Shown here one piece after another: positions 58,786-64,000 of a DNA stretch of 64,000 nt (position 1 is its first letter; each line of letters begins with the position of its first letter). This stretch comes from Schizochytrium sp. TIO01. Lineage: Eukaryota; Protista; Bigyra: Labyrinthulomycetes. The notes beneath the pieces were generated by a model. It did no database searches, was not told where the DNA came from, and was given only the letters and a program-made list of their open reading frames with translations. The translations under genes were made by a program, and so were the position numbers. The stretch covers positions 3,256,483-3,320,482 of the forward strand of contig SMSO01000032.1 in the NCBI GenBank assembly GCA_004764695.1, given 5' to 3'.

Positions 58786-59259
58786 TTACTCTTCGCGGAG
58801 AGTAGTGAGGATAGCTTCAAGCTCGCCCTTAAGCTGCTCCACCTTCATGCCATTCTCGCGCCTGAATGCACCCGCAGCGTTCTCATCCATGAGTGCGATG
58901 ACATCCTCAAAGCTTTCCACAGCAACCTTGACGGCCTCCTGCGCCTCTTCGAGGTCATCCTCAAAGTAGACGGTGCCAAAGGAATCCTGAGTATCTTCGA
59001 GACACATGCGAGCCTCAACAAAGTTGTCCTGGAAATCAAGAGCTTTAGAGCGAATCTCAGGGTTAGAAAGGTCAGAAAACGCGCGTGCCACAGTTACGCG
59101 GTTAGCCATGATAGCGTTCTGAGTCAAGCAGACGTTTTGGCGTTGCAGGAGCTGCACATTGCGTACAGGGAGTGCAAGCGAGTGGACAGATCTGGCCGCC
59201 ACAAAGGTCCGGCGCACCACAGAGGGCTTGGCAGCGGCGCGGAGGGCGTTGGCAATCAT
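58786..59259 (-). CDS. Small helical protein with predicted mitochondrial presequence, resembling plant 'embryogenesis-like' proteins
   Basis: Presequence MIANALRAAAKPSVVRRTF...ARAFS. Acidic helical domain FVEARMCLEDTQDSFGTVYFEDDLEEAQEAV...GMKVEQLKGELE. Coding-like codon usage. Confidence 0.7.
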   Translation of the reverse strand: MIANALRAAAKPSVVRRTFVAARSVHSLALPVRNVQLLQRQNVCLTQNAIMANRVTVARAFSDLSNPEIRSKALDFQDNFVEARMCLEDTQDSFGTVYFEDDLEEAQEAVKVAVESFEDVIALMDENAAGAFRRENGMKVEQLKGELEAILTTLREE

Positions 59260-61929
59260 TTCTGGTGCAAGTGTCTTGAAGGCAACCTTGGTGTCCTCAC
59301 GCAGGATATGTCGGAGTGCGAAGGAGTTTTGGTACCTGCAAGTTACGAATCTGAATCTCTACTTTGCTCTTCTGCTTTGCTCTGGTTTGCTCTGCTTATT
59401 TTCTATCGTTTGATATTTTATAACAAGCGACAGAAACCGCAACCTCAAGTGGAATCGACGAGATGAGCTATCTTGAATATTCGCAAGAACAACTGCAATA
59501 CCGTGCCTACAAATTCCAAGACGAGATTTGCTCCAAGGCAAGTAAAGTCTGTGGCCAGAGGTCTTAGCGACGGACTCTGGTCGGATTGCGGGCAGATTTC
59601 TGGTTTCCCAGTCCTCTTCTTCTTTGCTCCTCAGAATCAACTACAAGTCCCCTTCTCCCCATTAGCTGTATCTTACCTAAAACGCTACCACATGCTTCTT
59701 TCTTCTTTCCCACGGGTAGCGGAAACTTCACAGCGCCTTATGAACAGAACAGAACGTCTCTGGAGGGTTCCTCAATGACGCGGATCTCTGAGGTTGACAT
59801 TGTGGGGTCCCTCGATTCCGAGCGGTGCGAATCTCGATCTCAAAGCCTTTTCCCAGGTCAGCGCGTCATGAGGGGGTCCCGGAGTCATCATTAGCCTCGC
59901 AGCGTAGTAACGCCTAGCTGAGTTAAGTATCCCTTACCTCAGGAATCTGCAATCACTATCATCATCATCATCATCATCATCCTATGATTGTGAACATAAG
60001 CATCATAGTAGCTACCTACTACCTACTATGGTTTCCTTTACGACGATATGATACTAGTAGTAGATAGCTAGCCTAGCTATTCGATGCCTTTATATACCCA
60101 ATACCAGTAAGCTCTCCTACCACTACTTTGACCTATTGTTTACTGATATGACACTACCAGTAGTACTCCTCTAGTTCTGCTGAGAGAGGCACCATTCCTA
60201 GTGAGCGCTATATCCCTGCTAGTTGCTCTCTCTTTGAGACTCTCTTATCCTTAGGCTAACTAGGCGCCTCCTATTTACCACTACAAAGGTTGCTTATAAT
60301 CCCTGTAATAGGCAAAACTGTACCAGAGCAGTTTTCTACCTCTAAGGTTAAGGTTTAGCGTAAATAGATCAGTAGTGAATGCCCAAAGTGCAATGGCTGA
60401 GGAAGAAAGAAGAAGAAAGTGAACCCGAAAAGTTTAATGCAAAGTTCTATAATATGAAGACTCTCATTCCCTGCTACTAGGTACTGCAATGTCGGTGCTT
60501 GCGCAGCTCCTTTGAGCTTGAATTCATGCATGATGACGGAGAGCATCTAGAACTATAGAAATCTTAAAACTTGTACAACCTCCACATGGTAGTGACACTA
60601 TTTCACATAAATGTTATATTATGAATTCGAACTTGAAGGTCTTTGTTTTTCAATTAATTTTTTGATCAAAAAGAAAGGAGCCTAGGTAAGTAAATGGCAT
60701 GGCCAAGGAACCACCAAGCTCCAAACACTGCAAATGAAGCAAACCTGCAACACAAGCCAGCAAAGAAGCTAAGCAGGTCACCAAGGTGGGCCAAAGTCAA
60801 GACAGCTCGAATGATATGTTGTTCGTTAGATAAAGTCAAACGCCCATTCATAAAGCCAAGCTTTTCCACTGCCGGTGCTGTAAACTTGTTATATATTGAG
60901 AGGAAAGCATTCAAAACCAGGTAAAGAGTATGGTACCATCCTCCATGGTTTCAAATGCCCACCACAAAGCAAGCATGTGGCTGATCGTGATATCCACGCT
61001 GCCAGAGCCATCCTTTCGCACTGCAGAAGGACATGATTAAAGTAAGAACAGTCTTTGAGTCGCGGGTTCAACTTAGTTCTTGACCAGTTGGACAATCAAT
61101 TTAGACCCACTTTGTTTTCATAATAATGCAATATTTGCAAATTTTATAGGCCCAAGTTAAACTCCAAGTGAAGAACATTTATTTATTGAGAACACCTTCT
61201 CGTAACAACGAATTCATCAGAAGGCTGATTGACCGAGATGGTCTCTGGGGAGGAGATAAAGCCATCTCAGAGCAGCTGAATAGGGACCTGGTTTCATCGC
61301 TTTCAATCGGTTCATCGTTTACCCCTCTTCTTGAAAAGCAAACTCTTCTTTCCTTTCTCGCAGAAGCAATTTCTTTCTCTTTTCGTTGGTTCGTTCATGT
61401 GTACGGGTCCTCCTACCTAATTCCCTAATAGTACGTTCAATCATGCAAAAAAAACTATTAACCTTGGTGCAATTCTTATTGGTAGGTGTCTCTCACCTAT
61501 GAACCGCAAACACTTTCTTTTCAAGCGCCATCCACTAGTGGGTCGCTAGTAAATCAGTAGTGTCATTACCCTACTTAAAAACAAACAGCTGCTTCTCTCA
61601 CAGGAACCGGTGTCACCCCAGTGTGAGCAAAGAAGCGAGGCTGTAAAGCCAGAACGAGAGCTCCTATTGTTTCCCGTACCCCACCCTAGCACACTAGCAC
61701 GCCTGCTCTCTCGCCGACTCTTACTCTCTCAGATAGCTAGCTGCTACCTAGTGTGCTCCATGTCCCCAGTACGTACCTTCATTAGCAGTTTCCTATCGTC
61801 TACTAGTCCGCCGTCTCGCAGAGAGACAGACAGACGAACTTCGCTAACCTAAGAATGAAAGCATTGCCAATTGTTGAGGTCCAAAGACAGACGAAAAGAC
61901 TCACACTCCGCCGCGCCCATCGCCAATTC

Positions 61930-61980
61930 GAGTGAGTGAGTGAGTGCGTGAGTGAGTGCGTGAGTGCGTGAGCGAGCGAG
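61930..61980. repeat. (GAGT/GCGT)n microsatellite
   Basis: gagtgagtgagtgagtgcgtgagtgagtgcgtgagtgcgtgagcgagcgag read directly. Confidence 0.85.
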
Positions 61981-62085
61981 TATCAACCCCTTCATTGCGA
62001 AGCTTGCACGGGCCGCAATCGAGAGCCTTGAGAGCTCTTCTTCTGTCTCTCTCGGCCTCTGCCAATTTGAGTGCTATTCAGGTGA

Positions 62086-62088
62086 CTT

Positions 62089-62128
<40 letters not shown>

Positions 62129-62190
62129 TTTTACTTTCTTTCTTTCTTTCTTTTTTACTTTCTTACTTAAAGAAGAAGAAGAAGAAGAAG
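62086..62190. repeat. (CTTT)n followed by (GAA)n microsatellite
   Basis: Long ttctttctttc run followed by agaagaagaagaagaagaag. Confidence 0.85.
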
Positions 62191-64000
62191 GAGCAATGAG
62201 GTTTACTTTACTTTTGCAGCAGAGCTGAGCTGCCCCCCGGAGAGGCCCTTCTACCCTTAACCCTAATAGTTCCGGGGAGCGCAGCCATCGTGACAGTGTG
62301 TTGCTATGTAATACTGGCACTGCCTCTTTAGTCCTCGCAGTAGCTGGTGCTAGAGTATGCAGCACTCTAGGTACTTGCTAGCGCCTTTTAGGAGCTGCCG
62401 CTAGCGAAGACTGCTAAGGTGTGGGTACGTGTCTGGGTCTCGTAGAGGTGGCTTAGAGGAAGGCCTAGGAAGGGAAGGAAGACAGGAAGGAGAAAGACAC
62501 TTGAGAGTAAAGTGAGAGAAGTAGAGAGAGGGAAAGTAGAAAGGGGCCTAGTAGTGCCTACTGCCTACCTAGCTACCTCTAGCACCTCATTTTCAATTTC
62601 TTTCTTCATCTTTTCATTTATCGATACAAAGAAGACTAATATGGGAAACAGGAGCGACAAAAGCCACGAAGAACTTACCAAGTTCGCTCAAAGAAGCTCG
62701 AAGGAGCCTGAAGAGGCAGAGGGCCGTCGGCTTCGGTCCACTTCAGACCTCCGCAGACTCTGCGACGGTCGGCCGCCCAAAGAAATCGATCACCCAAACC
62801 AACGAAGAAACTGAACCTCAGAGGAGTAAGTAAGTCCGTTCGAGCGACCTCTTCAAAGAATCTCTTCTAACTTGAAGAATCTCTTCTCATTTTGCCACAA
62901 TTAGAGCTTCTCCTATGACGCTCTTATCGCCTCATATACACCACAATCAACTCATCGTCTGGTGCCGCCTATGAACCTCCTAGTGACCTCCTAACCGTTA
63001 CCGTAGGCCTCCCCGCCGTCCCTCTTTCTCCCCTTCAAGTATACCTACTAGAATTATGAAAACTCTTTCCTCGAGCTTGAGCCTAAGCAGAGGCTAGGAC
63101 CTCCTACACGAAGGTGGGGTAGGACCTGCATAGGCGACTGGTAGCACTCGGGTTCTTGTCATCAGCAGTAGGAGTCTGCTCCGTCAAAACGGGAGCGAAC
63201 GGCCTCAAGCAACGGCAGCGCAGCGATCGATCTCAGAGCAGAGAGCGATTGGTGTCGCTGTGTGGGCGGACGAGGAGGCTTGAAGCTTCGGCTTGGGCTT
63301 AAGTTGAGGGTTTATGAACACCACTTCTTTGGAATGACCAATGACCTTCATTCACAGTTATTTTTTGAGCTAGAGTAGAATTGCTCAAGTTTATAAATTT
63401 ATTTATTTATTTATTTATTTATTTAATTCACTCCTTTTTTTTAATATTTGTATTTTCAGTATGATTATAAATAAAATATACTTGTTTAAAAATTATACTC
63501 TCAACAGAAACAACTTGAACAACAGTTTTTTTTGGTTTGCTTTTTTGTTTGTTTTTTCAACTAAGTTTTAAAAACTGGTTGAAAAAACTGATACTCTTTC
63601 GGCCGCGCTCTCTCTTTTGTTTGTGAAAGAGCTCTGCGCATACAGTAATACCTGCGTCGATTGAAGGTTGAATTCAAGAGAACACGATCTGATTCGAATT
63701 TATTTACGTACCTACCTCTAGAGAGAGCAATAGCAGCCCTCAGGAAATTGTGCCTGATGAGATGAGTGTGAGGAGAAGGGGAACCTCAGTGGGGACACTT
63801 GCAGTCCATTCTGAAGAAGTCAGTACAGAGGACGCGAAGAGCAGCCGGCCACGGGGAAATACCCCCTCCTCTCGGGTTTATGAATAGGACTGTCCGGCAC
63901 AGGGGTTCTGCCGAGTCTGAATAGCTCAGTGGAGTAGAGGGCCCAAGAAACCATCGAACTCCTCTGTGAGCAGCACGATGTCTGTCGACTTAACGGGTTT

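Noticed and set aside
63915-63960. GTCTGAATAGCTCAGTGGAGTAGAG resembles a tRNA 5' end / A-box
   Set aside because: D-stem is imperfect, and there is no anticodon arm, no same-strand GTTCRA T-loop and no acceptor complement in the remaining window.

Overview
Eukaryotic, nearly intron-free genomic DNA with poly-A/T and microsatellite-rich spacers. The style suggests a thraustochytrid/labyrinthulomycete-like protist (inference, not verified). Left part: a questin-oxidase-like (DUF4243/HypA) gene, a one-intron family-16 SAM methyltransferase, and a single-exon ~1550-1600 aa protein made of LRR arrays, a NEL (IpaH/SspH/SlrP-type) E3 ubiquitin ligase domain with an intact CxD motif, and a U-box-like tail. 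That protein is the most striking item. Middle (19-47 kb): five same-strand, widely spaced SWEET/MtN3 paralogues with non-canonical pore residues, long divergent cytosolic tails and a shared C-Y-x-x-P-like tail motif. A decayed minus-strand gene with a Fic-like motif lies between copies 4 and 5. Right part: compact housekeeping genes (TTC38-like TPR, TOG/CLASP-N protein with SxIP, RI-type LRR protein, TBCE, small mitochondrial-type protein), then a non-coding TAG/CTA-rich end. No rRNA, tRNA, CRISPR array or intact transposon was recognised. All calls are by eye, without database searches.
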